Shown here in pieces: positions 55,265 to 63,198 of a stretch of 64,000 nt of DNA. Numbering within the stretch: the stretch's first letter is position 1; every line of letters begins with the position of its first letter. The notes under the pieces are model-generated. The model searched no databases, was not told where the DNA came from, and saw only the letters and a program-made list of their open reading frames with translations. The DNA is from a virus (taxonomy: Duplodnaviria > Caudoviricetes). A program made the translations under genes and the position numbers. Location of the stretch: positions 10,053-74,052 of IMG/VR virus record IMGVR_UViG_3300030330_005435; one strand, written 5' to 3'.

Positions 55265-57263
55265 CTTTTTGCTCCGTTAATATATTCTTATTACTTAAAC
55301 CTTCTATAATAGTTCTTATAGATTCGTTCATCTCAAACAGTTTTTGTTCTTCTGCTTCCTCGTTCAATTTATAAATAGGTTGCTTCTCTTCATAAATGCC
55401 TTTTGCAATACTTGGAATACTATTGATCTCAGAACCAGGAAACACATTTCTTATTGTTGAGCTGCTTTTTTCAGCACTACGTTTGGATGCATAATTTCGT
55501 TTTCTTGGGCCACTATCTTTTCGCCTATCGTTTCTAACAGGGTGATACGTGCTTTTTTCGTACGTACGTTTATCGTTTCTGGAACCAGGTGGTACCGCCA
55601 ATAGTGGCGATTCATCTCCACCAGTTGCGGGCTCTTCGGCACCACCGCCTCCCTCACCTCCGAGGTCTAGGTCTGTGCCTGCATCACCAGCTGGTATTTC
55701 TTCAGGCCCTCCCAGATCGTCGCCTCCAAGATCTAAATCATCACCACCTCCGCCAAGATCTAAGTCACCACCTAAGCCGCCTGTTTCGCCTGCAGCTTGG
55801 GCTTCAGCAACTGCTTGAAGCGATGCATCGTGTTTACGGTCATAGTACATTTCACGTTGATTGCGAATAAACTCTTCATGAGACATACCAAAAATGTTTT
55901 CTGCAACCCAACGACGAGAAAAGTAGCCTTCCGTTGCTGAGCCAGCGATATCAAACTTAGCTTTCCAATGTTCAATCTCTTGGAGTTCAGCAATCTTGGA
56001 TGGGTTGTTAAGAGCAAGCTTGAATGACAATAAATCGTCGCCGCGGAACCCGAGAGTATAAAGATGAATAATTCCAACTTTTTCAAGTTCAGCAATAATA
56101 ACTCTTTGTAATCTTTGGATTGTTCTTGCAAAACGAATGTCTTTTTGTGCAAGCGTTGTCTTGTCTTCGGCGGCGCCTTCACCCATTGCAAGGTATGCTT
56201 GAGGAATTTTTAGCGCGGAAAAAAGTTTGTCACGAAGATATTTAATATCGTCAATTGCTGTGATGTTTTGTGCGCCTGCAAGCGATTGTATTTCAGTTTG
56301 TGAGCCTGCGCGCACAGGAATAAAGTAATCCTCTTCGATTGACATCGGGTTGTAGCGTAAATCAATGCGTCCTGTGTTTGGGTCGACAACCGAGTGTCTT
56401 TTAAGTTGAGTAACAATTTTTTCCATATATTGTTCGACTTCATTGGGTGGCACGGCACCAACATCAATTTTAAACACACGGCGCTCAGATGAGCGAACAA
56501 CACGATAAGCCATCATAGCGTCTTCCATAAGTGTTAACTGTCGCCAAATGCGACGTGCTGGCTCAAGAATAGAAGTACCATACGGTGCATACTTGTCATT
56601 TCCAAGAACACGGAAATGCGCAATTTGCCAGTTTTCAAATGTCATACCAGCAGAGTTCCACTGGTATTGTACGTAATTTGGATTGGTAGAATCTTGTCCT
56701 TCTAATCTTTCTATATCTTGAATAGGCAATGAGATAGCAGACTTTATTCCAAACTTGTCATCAATATCTAAATAAAGGAAAAAATCACCATACTTACACA
56801 TTGTGCGAGACCAGCCAAATAGATTATATTGTATATTAAGAATGTTGTTGTACAATGTATCGAGAACAGCTTTGATTTCTTCGTTGGAACACCTTATATT
56901 AAGCATTGGCTTTAGATCAGAATAAGTTGTCATCTCATCAGCATAAATGTCCATTGTTGATGCAATCTCAGGCATATACTCCATTTGATCAAAATCAACG
57001 TATCTTTCTGAACGACGTTGATTTGCAATCGCGTTTGTGGCAATTTGATCAAGCGGGTTGTATAAAGTCTTTTTGAACTGCTGTCCCGATGCAGATTTAA
57101 ATCTTGATGAATATTTGTCAAGATGCTGTCGTCTAATTCGGCGTCCTGATTGGGATCGATAATTAACAATCGGCCCAGAGAAAAGACGTGTTAATCTTTT
57201 AAACAGTTCTGATTCTTCATTTGCTGGGTTTTTGCCTTTTGGTCTAATTCTGTTATCTGCCAT
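55248..57263 (-). CDS. portal protein (T4 gp20-like)
   Basis: YGTSILEPARRIWRQLTLMEDAMMAYR, ERRVFKIDVG, EEDYFIPVR, LFSALKIPQAYL. Confidence 0.95.
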   Translation of the reverse strand: MADNRIRPKGKNPANEESELFKRLTRLFSGPIVNYRSQSGRRIRRQHLDKYSSRFKSASGQQFKKTLYNPLDQIATNAIANQRRSERYVDFDQMEYMPEIASTMDIYADEMTTYSDLKPMLNIRCSNEEIKAVLDTLYNNILNIQYNLFGWSRTMCKYGDFFLYLDIDDKFGIKSAISLPIQDIERLEGQDSTNPNYVQYQWNSAGMTFENWQIAHFRVLGNDKYAPYGTSILEPARRIWRQLTLMEDAMMAYRVVRSSERRVFKIDVGAVPPNEVEQYMEKIVTQLKRHSVVDPNTGRIDLRYNPMSIEEDYFIPVRAGSQTEIQSLAGAQNITAIDDIKYLRDKLFSALKIPQAYLAMGEGAAEDKTTLAQKDIRFARTIQRLQRVIIAELEKVGIIHLYTLGFRGDDLLSFKLALNNPSKIAELQEIEHWKAKFDIAGSATEGYFSRRWVAENIFGMSHEEFIRNQREMYYDRKHDASLQAVAEAQAAGETGGLGGDLDLGGGGDDLDLGGDDLGGPEEIPAGDAGTDLDLGGEGGGGAEEPATGGDESPLLAVPPGSRNDKRTYEKSTYHPVRNDRRKDSGPRKRNYASKRSAEKSSSTIRNVFPGSEINSIPSIAKGIYEEKQPIYKLNEEAEEQKLFEMNESIRTIIEGLSNKNILTEQKDEEQA

Positions 57264-57271
57264 TTATAATC

Positions 57272-58855
57272 TCACTTTATAATCCATTTAAACTGATCAT
57301 ACATTGTTTTTGCTTCATTCATTTTATCAAAAATATTATCTTTTTTGTAGCCATGTTGGCCTGCAATTTGTGTGTTGATAGTAGTTTTTGAAGTTTTAAT
57401 TGCGTTCACGAATGCTTTTTGATAATTCAGGTCTCTTGCATTAGCCTGTAGTGCAGTGTCCCTTACCCAACAAGCAATAGCAAGTGCCATAACAAGGTCA
57501 TCGTTATAGCCTTTCATAGCTTGTGGCTTACCATTCCTCCAAATAAAAGTCTTCATCTCATTGATTGTGCGAGAAGAATATATTTTAATTAGTTTGTTTC
57601 TTATAAACTCTTCTAATTTAGCTACTATCAAGGGCCGCGTCTTAACAGAGGTAGTAAAACCAGCTACTGCAGTTGAGCGAACTTCTGCTTGATGTTGTTC
57701 TATATACTCATGTGTAGACTTGATGGAATGATACAAATTTGGATATCCATGCTCGACAAGTTTATCGAGGACCGTGTAACCGATGTTATTGTTCTCTACC
57801 ACAAGCATCGCATTTCCAAATTCTCGCCCTACTTGGTTCAAGAAGTTTGCATACATGTCTGGCGTTGGCTTACCTTGATACTCGCCTATTATTTCGAGAG
57901 TTTCTAATTTTATCATATGCATTGTGGAATAATCAGCACCATCACCACGCGATACATCAGCGACCGCCAGGTAGTTACATGTTGGATCAAATTCTTCCCA
58001 AATCCAAAAATTTCTGTCAAACCCTGTTCTATATTTTGGCTCTTTAACGTTTTTCAGTAACCACTTCATACAATCAGGATCTATAACGGTTTCACCAGAT
58101 GTGTTGAAATTACACTCAAGCTCTTGTGCAATTTGTCGCTTAGACATGTTCTTGGTTTCTTTTTTATACCATGCTTCATCGCGATCAGGGTGTACGTCCC
58201 AAGGCAAAGTGGTTAAATTAAAATTGTTTGCATTGCTTTCTGCGTCAGTGCAAGTTTTATGAAACCAGTTACCAACACCGTTAGGGGTTGACAGCGCAAT
58301 GCAGCGACCACCAGTTGACAGCGTAGGATACAAACCAGTCCACAATTCTTCTAGACCCTCAATGTGTGCAGCCTCATCAAGAACTAAAAGAGACAATGCT
58401 TCTGAACGACCAGCATCGCCAGATGTGGATGCAGCTTTAATTTGTGAGCCGTTTGACAACTCGAATGATGTTCTATTATCAACTGATATAGAGGCTATGC
58501 AAATCCAGTCTGGTAAATTTTTCATGATACTTTTAACTTTTTTAACTAAGTTACCAGCGGTAGCAAACTTGGTCGCCATGACTAGTATAGATTTGTCACG
58601 GTGAAACAGCATCATCCATGCGATATAGCCGGCAGTAATTGTTGAAATGCCCAACTGTCTAGCTTTTAATATAACATTAAAACGATAATCATTAAAATCA
58701 TGCAGTAGTTGATCCTGAAAATCATATGTATTAAACAGAATCAGCCCGTGCATCGGGTGAGATATACGGGCATAATTTTTTAGAAAATAAGCAGGGTCCT
58801 TGCCGCACTTTAATATTTCTTTTATTTGTTGCTTTTTGTCAATTTGAAAAGACAT
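57272..58855 (-). CDS. terminase large subunit (T4 gp17-like)
   Basis: KARQLGIST (Walker A), LLVLDEAAHI (Walker B), LSTPNG, QELECNF, VADVSRGDGADYS, NDDLVMALAI. Confidence 0.96.
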   Translation of the reverse strand: MSFQIDKKQQIKEILKCGKDPAYFLKNYARISHPMHGLILFNTYDFQDQLLHDFNDYRFNVILKARQLGISTITAGYIAWMMLFHRDKSILVMATKFATAGNLVKKVKSIMKNLPDWICIASISVDNRTSFELSNGSQIKAASTSGDAGRSEALSLLVLDEAAHIEGLEELWTGLYPTLSTGGRCIALSTPNGVGNWFHKTCTDAESNANNFNLTTLPWDVHPDRDEAWYKKETKNMSKRQIAQELECNFNTSGETVIDPDCMKWLLKNVKEPKYRTGFDRNFWIWEEFDPTCNYLAVADVSRGDGADYSTMHMIKLETLEIIGEYQGKPTPDMYANFLNQVGREFGNAMLVVENNNIGYTVLDKLVEHGYPNLYHSIKSTHEYIEQHQAEVRSTAVAGFTTSVKTRPLIVAKLEEFIRNKLIKIYSSRTINEMKTFIWRNGKPQAMKGYNDDLVMALAIACWVRDTALQANARDLNYQKAFVNAIKTSKTTINTQIAGQHGYKKDNIFDKMNEAKTMYDQFKWIIK

Positions 58856-59409
58856 TAATCATTAGTGGGCTTTGGTCTGGTATCATTTTGCGGGCGTTTT
58901 CCACCTTCGCCGTTCCAGCCGCCTTGCTCAATAAAGCTGCGCCAATTGGAATCTAAACGATCTTCAGATTCTTGTGCGACTTCCATATCTTCGTTTAGAC
59001 CACCAACCTTGTAGTGCAATTTTGCAATAACCCAAGAACGAACGCGAGATGAATTTTCTACACGAACATCTATTTCGCCCTCTTTTGTTAGCGTCACTGA
59101 TTCGCCACGAATTTTACGATATTCTTTTTTGAGAAATGACGTAATATCGGCCATTCGCTGCTCAACATCAGATTCAAAGCCTGCCGCATACACTTCTTTA
59201 AGTTGGACTTCTGACATGTAAGAAAGGCACATCATGTTTCCATAAAACTTAACATTAAAGCCGTCCATAACTCTTTTATCAAGTATTGGATCACCTTCTT
59301 CCCTTTGAAGTCCAGCGGTAAGTGGTTCGCCGTCACCATTATGGGCGCCATCATATGCATTTGCTGCTGCTTGTGAAAGCCCTTGTATAATTTCATATAC
59401 TGTTGCCAT
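58855..59409 (-). CDS. hypothetical protein upstream of the terminase
   Basis: 184-aa ORF coupled to the terminase gene. Confidence 0.75.
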   Translation of the reverse strand: MATVYEIIQGLSQAAANAYDGAHNGDGEPLTAGLQREEGDPILDKRVMDGFNVKFYGNMMCLSYMSEVQLKEVYAAGFESDVEQRMADITSFLKKEYRKIRGESVTLTKEGEIDVRVENSSRVRSWVIAKLHYKVGGLNEDMEVAQESEDRLDSNWRSFIEQGGWNGEGGKRPQNDTRPKPTND

Positions 59410-59741
59410 TATTCTTGTGCTCCTTGTTCTGGTTGTTGAGGTGTACCTTGAATTTGTTTTTGTAAAAGTGCTAATATTCTCTGTAGAAAAGGACGGTGTT
59501 GCACCAGATCAACTCCAGGTTCAGATGCTAAATTTGAAATAAACGTTTCTAATTGATCGACAAGACCTTGTTCATTTGTTGTAAATTCATCACCTTGTCC
59601 TTTAATTCTGTCGCGGACAGTTTGTTGTCTTTGTGATGTTGACATTGCTTTTGTTCTTAGCTTGGTTTGATCATTTTCATTTTCAAGCATTGTCAGTTCT
59701 TCTAAGATAATTTGTTTTAGTTTTTGTTTATTAATTTTCAT
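59409..59741 (-). CDS. putative internal head protein (class I leader)
   Basis: Start moved to MKINKQKLKQIILEEL. Confidence 0.6.
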   Translation of the reverse strand: MKINKQKLKQIILEELTMLENENDQTKLRTKAMSTSQRQQTVRDRIKGQGDEFTTNEQGLVDQLETFISNLASEPGVDLVQHRPFLQRILALLQKQIQGTPQQPEQGAQE

Positions 59742-60114
59742 TTGGGCGCCATCCTGATTTCCATCTTTCTTCTCTGCCGTCAACATATTCAAAGTAACAT
59801 TTACTGCAACATTTAAATTTTATCAGCGATACATCATCCTTAACGCTTTTTGGAAAAGCACCACAAACAGGACAATTTTTTAAAGATTCTCTATTAAGTA
59901 GTTTTTTCGATATCTTTATGCCCTCAACATCGACTTTTTCTGTATACTTACGCTTTTTGTTATTTCGATTGTACAAATCTTTCATTTGTTGCAAGTATTG
60001 TTTTTCTTTAATTTCGTTCCAATCAGCTTTTGGATTTGCAATAGCTTGTTCGCCATATTTATCTTTGATGGCTTTCTCAATTGCTGCTATTTTGTCGTAA
60101 TCTTTTTTACTCAT
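59731..60114 (-). CDS. hypothetical protein with C-terminal Zn-ribbon-like motif
   Basis: CPVC...CCSKC, then YVDGREERWKSGWRP; start MSKKDYD. Confidence 0.7.
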   Translation of the reverse strand: MSKKDYDKIAAIEKAIKDKYGEQAIANPKADWNEIKEKQYLQQMKDLYNRNNKKRKYTEKVDVEGIKISKKLLNRESLKNCPVCGAFPKSVKDDVSLIKFKCCSKCYFEYVDGREERWKSGWRPNEN

Positions 60115-60535
60115 TAAATACCTTATACGCGCCATACGAAATAGCTACACCACCAGCAACACCAGCGGCTACCCATAGAATTGGATTTTTTTTAGACTGC
60201 TTTTTCAAGGCGTTAGCCAATGCGTCTGCTTCTCTTTCTAAAGATTCAACTCTCATATCATACTCTGCTAGCAGTGCATCGTGCCTGATTGTTAAGTTTT
60301 GTAATTCTAACTCATGTTCAACTTTTTGTTTATCTAATTCGTATTGTAAAATAAGCTGGCAATTATCATCGGCTGTTTGTGCTTGTGCTAGTATATTTGC
60401 TGTCGCAGTTGGATCGAATAGTACACCTTCAAATGGCGCACATTGATTTTCACCAAGGAATGTAAATTTGCCTGGCGTGGTGGCAACTGCTATATTACTC
60501 CACAAACTCAAAACCATAAGTGTTAACAATCTCAT
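60107..60535 (-). CDS. exported coiled-coil protein with C-terminal TM helix (spanin-like partner)
   Basis: Signal peptide MRLLTLMVLSLWSNIAVA, central coiled coil, TM ILWVAAGVAGGVAISYGAY. Confidence 0.55.
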   Translation of the reverse strand: MRLLTLMVLSLWSNIAVATTPGKFTFLGENQCAPFEGVLFDPTATANILAQAQTADDNCQLILQYELDKQKVEHELELQNLTIRHDALLAEYDMRVESLEREADALANALKKQSKKNPILWVAAGVAGGVAISYGAYKVFNE

Positions 60536-60878
60536 TTGACAGTGCCTCCTTGTCTTGAGAGAAAAGCCTTTCGTATGTTTCTAATCTTTTTTGCTTTTCT
60601 TTCTCTAATTCTTTTTGCGATTTTTCATAGTTCTTGCGCAACTCTCTTAACGCCTTCTTGTATGTATCAAGCGCATGTTCGCGGCGTGCTATCTCTTCGC
60701 TGTGAATTGCTTGAAGAGCGTCAATACGTTCGCGGGTTTCTTCTTTTGATATCTCGTATGCTTTATTGAGAGCGCGATAATCCATATGTGTTTTTAGTGA
60801 CACAGCAAGCAAAGAAACAACTACTAATATTTCTTTCCAATTTTTAAGACAAAATTGTAATATTTTTGCCCACGTCAT
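60495..60878 (-). CDS. i-spanin (Rz)-like protein
   Basis: N-terminal TM helix then a long coiled coil; follows the holin gene and overlaps the next gene. Confidence 0.55.
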   Translation of the reverse strand: MTWAKILQFCLKNWKEILVVVSLLAVSLKTHMDYRALNKAYEISKEETRERIDALQAIHSEEIARREHALDTYKKALRELRKNYEKSQKELEKEKQKRLETYERLFSQDKEALSNEIVNTYGFEFVE

Positions 60879-61072
60879 GCCACCCCCTTAAGTTTAGCAA
60901 TACCATCAATTACTGTTTGACCGCCAATATAAATAGCAGAGATAATAACCCAATCGCTGGAAGCTAGATCAGAAAATGCTAACAAACCTGTTGCCGTCAA
61001 CCATACAAGGAACTTGCGTGAGATCATTTTTTCGACAAGACGGTCTAATTTGCCTTGAACGTAATTCATCAC
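60875..61072 (-). CDS. holin-like membrane protein
   Basis: 65 aa; SRKFLVWL followed by two TM helices. Confidence 0.6.
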   Translation of the reverse strand: MMNYVQGKLDRLVEKMISRKFLVWLTATGLLAFSDLASSDWVIISAIYIGGQTVIDGIAKLKGVA

Positions 61073-61659
61073 TTTTTACCTCGATTTTTCTTTGCAATAT
61101 TAGTTGCTGCTCCATGCATTACACTTTCAGCATCTTTACCATATCTTTTCTTAAAATCTTTTTTATTCTTTTTCATGCCTTTTACAATATCTTCTTTTTC
61201 GTCTTCTTCTGAGTCAGTTAGTTCTCTTTCGGACATAGGGTTGAATTTTGCATCGGCGCCCGAAAGATAGTTCAAAACTGTATTAAGGTAATCGTGTGCT
61301 TTTGTGATTTTTGATTCAATCCATTCTTCATGATTATCGCTCTCATCTACCATTCCTTGTAACTCTTGTACCATTTGAGACAAATTATTAAGTTGTCTCA
61401 CGGCCATTGAGCCTTCCCCATGATCGCCTTCAGTAATATCTTTATTTTTGCCAGATGGACCCACTAATCTACCAAAGCCTTTTTGCAGCAAATTAGTAGT
61501 AAACGGATCATCGCCAGTAACCGCTGATGTTAAATAATCAATGCTGACATCTAAATCTTCTATGCTATTAGTAAGTGAATTAATAGCTTTTAACATTTCG
61601 GGATTACTTTCAATTTCTTCAATTAAAAGTTTTTTAAGTTCACTTTTTGTAATTTTCAT
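61069..61659 (-). CDS. putative internal head protein (class I leader), multi-module
   Basis: MKITKSELKKLLIEEI; internal GEGSMAVRQL..EEWIESKITKAHDYL module; C-terminal DFKKRYGKDAESVM module. Confidence 0.65.
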   Translation of the reverse strand: MKITKSELKKLLIEEIESNPEMLKAINSLTNSIEDLDVSIDYLTSAVTGDDPFTTNLLQKGFGRLVGPSGKNKDITEGDHGEGSMAVRQLNNLSQMVQELQGMVDESDNHEEWIESKITKAHDYLNTVLNYLSGADAKFNPMSERELTDSEEDEKEDIVKGMKKNKKDFKKRYGKDAESVMHGAATNIAKKNRGKK

Positions 61660-61967
61660 GCTTGTAATCTCTTCATAGCGCGTATAAATTTTGAATTAAT
61701 GACCATGTCAGTTTTCACAAAATCTATAAGCGATTTTTTAATGCTTTCTGTATCTTTAGGACCTTTATACCACGCAACAAACTTTTCAGTTGCTTGTGTT
61801 TGTTTTAATATTTTTCCTCCTATTCCAATATCAACACATACTTCAAGAAACAACTCTTCGATGCTTCGTTCTTCTGCAGCTTGCGCAGCTTCACCTACGA
61901 GCTGTTCTGGTTTTTGTGGCGGTTTTTCATTGTCAAACCAACCTTTAATATTGTTCCATAAATTCAT
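61656..61967 (-). CDS. hypothetical protein
   Basis: 103-aa ORF with ATGA coupling on both sides. Confidence 0.7.
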   Translation of the reverse strand: MNLWNNIKGWFDNEKPPQKPEQLVGEAAQAAEERSIEELFLEVCVDIGIGGKILKQTQATEKFVAWYKGPKDTESIKKSLIDFVKTDMVINSKFIRAMKRLQA

Positions 61968-62440
61968 TTCATTTCCTGCTTTTTATTTGAACCTTGTTTA
62001 GCGGCGTCCATCTTGTCCTTGTTGCGTTTTAGCCAATTTTCGGCTTCTTCGTCAGAAAGATCAGTAGTTAAGCTCTGTAGCGCTTTCTTAGCACTTAGTC
62101 CTGTTTTTCTCATCTTTTTAACGACATGTTCGGCTGAGTGTGGTACGGCGCCTTCGTTCATTTCCTGCCTTTTAGCTAAATCTTGATACATCTCTTCTTC
62201 GTCCATATACCCCATTGTTTCACCATCTTCAAAAGTCGCGACAGCGATATGTTTGCCATCTGTAGTTTTAGCAAACATTACTTGCACATTGAATTTATCA
62301 GCTAAGTCTTCCATGGCTTCTTTTTCAGCCATTTGAGGCTCTACATAATCTTCGCCAGTATCAATATCAGCAACAGCGCGGCGTGGCTCGTATTCTGCTT
62401 CGTTTAAAGACTTTCGCCAATTTTCAAATAGTTTTTTCAT
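61964..62440 (-). CDS. putative internal head protein (class II leader)
   Basis: Begins MKKLFENWRKSLNE. Confidence 0.65.
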   Translation of the reverse strand: MKKLFENWRKSLNEAEYEPRRAVADIDTGEDYVEPQMAEKEAMEDLADKFNVQVMFAKTTDGKHIAVATFEDGETMGYMDEEEMYQDLAKRQEMNEGAVPHSAEHVVKKMRKTGLSAKKALQSLTTDLSDEEAENWLKRNKDKMDAAKQGSNKKQEMK

Positions 62441-62775
62441 TATTCTTTCTCTTCTGCCATTCTACCATCTGGCATCATACCAGGGTCTGAGCGCTCAAGC
62501 CCAGCATCTAAATCTAAGTTTTTCATAGCACTTGAAAGTTTTCGTGCCAATGATGCAACTTGCATAACTGCAGCACCAGTTGCAGCGCCGGCGGCGCCTC
62601 CACCTATAGCGGCTGCTAATACTTGCGGATCTTTAAGTTGATGTAAAGCAAAGTATACTGCTTGAAGATCGTTTGCTGCCATTGCGGGATCCATTGAAGT
62701 AAACCCACCCTCATCAATTGTGGCTTCTAATTCTTCTTTAATAATTTGTTTAAGTTGTGACCTGTTGATTTTCAT
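62440..62775 (-). CDS. putative internal head protein (class I leader)
   Basis: Begins MKINRSQLKQIIKEEL; AGGAG SD. Confidence 0.65.
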   Translation of the reverse strand: MKINRSQLKQIIKEELEATIDEGGFTSMDPAMAANDLQAVYFALHQLKDPQVLAAAIGGGAAGAATGAAVMQVASLARKLSSAMKNLDLDAGLERSDPGMMPDGRMAEEKE

Positions 62776-62787
62776 TTTGAATCTCCT

Positions 62788-62815
62788 ATGTTGCTAATCC
62801 TTTCATATTTAGTAT
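62788..62815 (+). repeat. 28-bp direct repeat, copy 1 (duplicate of the tubulin 3' end)
   Basis: atgttgctaatcctttcatatttagtat; 25/28 identical to 63197-63224. Confidence 0.85.
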
Positions 62816-63198
62816 GCGTCGACTCCACCTTCACTTCCGTGTTTGCGGAGTAATCCTTTTATGTAGGTAATTTCAGTATATAGTTCTTTCATGCTTTCTT
62901 CGGGAGTCATTTCTTCCTGTCTTGCTTTATCTATAAGTTCGCGCATCTTTCGACCAATAAAGACGCGCATCTGTTTGACTGTTTCTTCTTTTCCCTGATC
63001 AGGGGCTGGTGGGATAAACCAATCTTCAAGAGAACTAAGCACTTCATCTTCGTAGAAGTCATCATCAAACTCAATAGCTCTGGCCCAGTTGTCCATCACA
63101 GACGGATCATCTTCTAAAAATGCTTGAAGCTGTTCATCGCGGCTGGGCCCTTTGTCTTCTTTTAAGAACCTGCTCCAACTTTCAAACAATTGCTTCAT
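62809..63198 (-). CDS. putative internal head protein (class II leader) between the direct repeats
   Basis: Start moved to MKQLFESWSRFLKE (ATGA overlap with the tubulin stop). Confidence 0.65.
   Translation of the reverse strand: MKQLFESWSRFLKEDKGPSRDEQLQAFLEDDPSVMDNWARAIEFDDDFYEDEVLSSLEDWFIPPAPDQGKEETVKQMRVFIGRKMRELIDKARQEEMTPEESMKELYTEITYIKGLLRKHGSEGGVDAY

Noticed and set aside
4987-58855. Inteins or introns in dnaE, nrdJ, helicase, recA or terminase
   Set aside because: Lengths and motif spacing are normal; no splice-junction or homing endonuclease motifs seen
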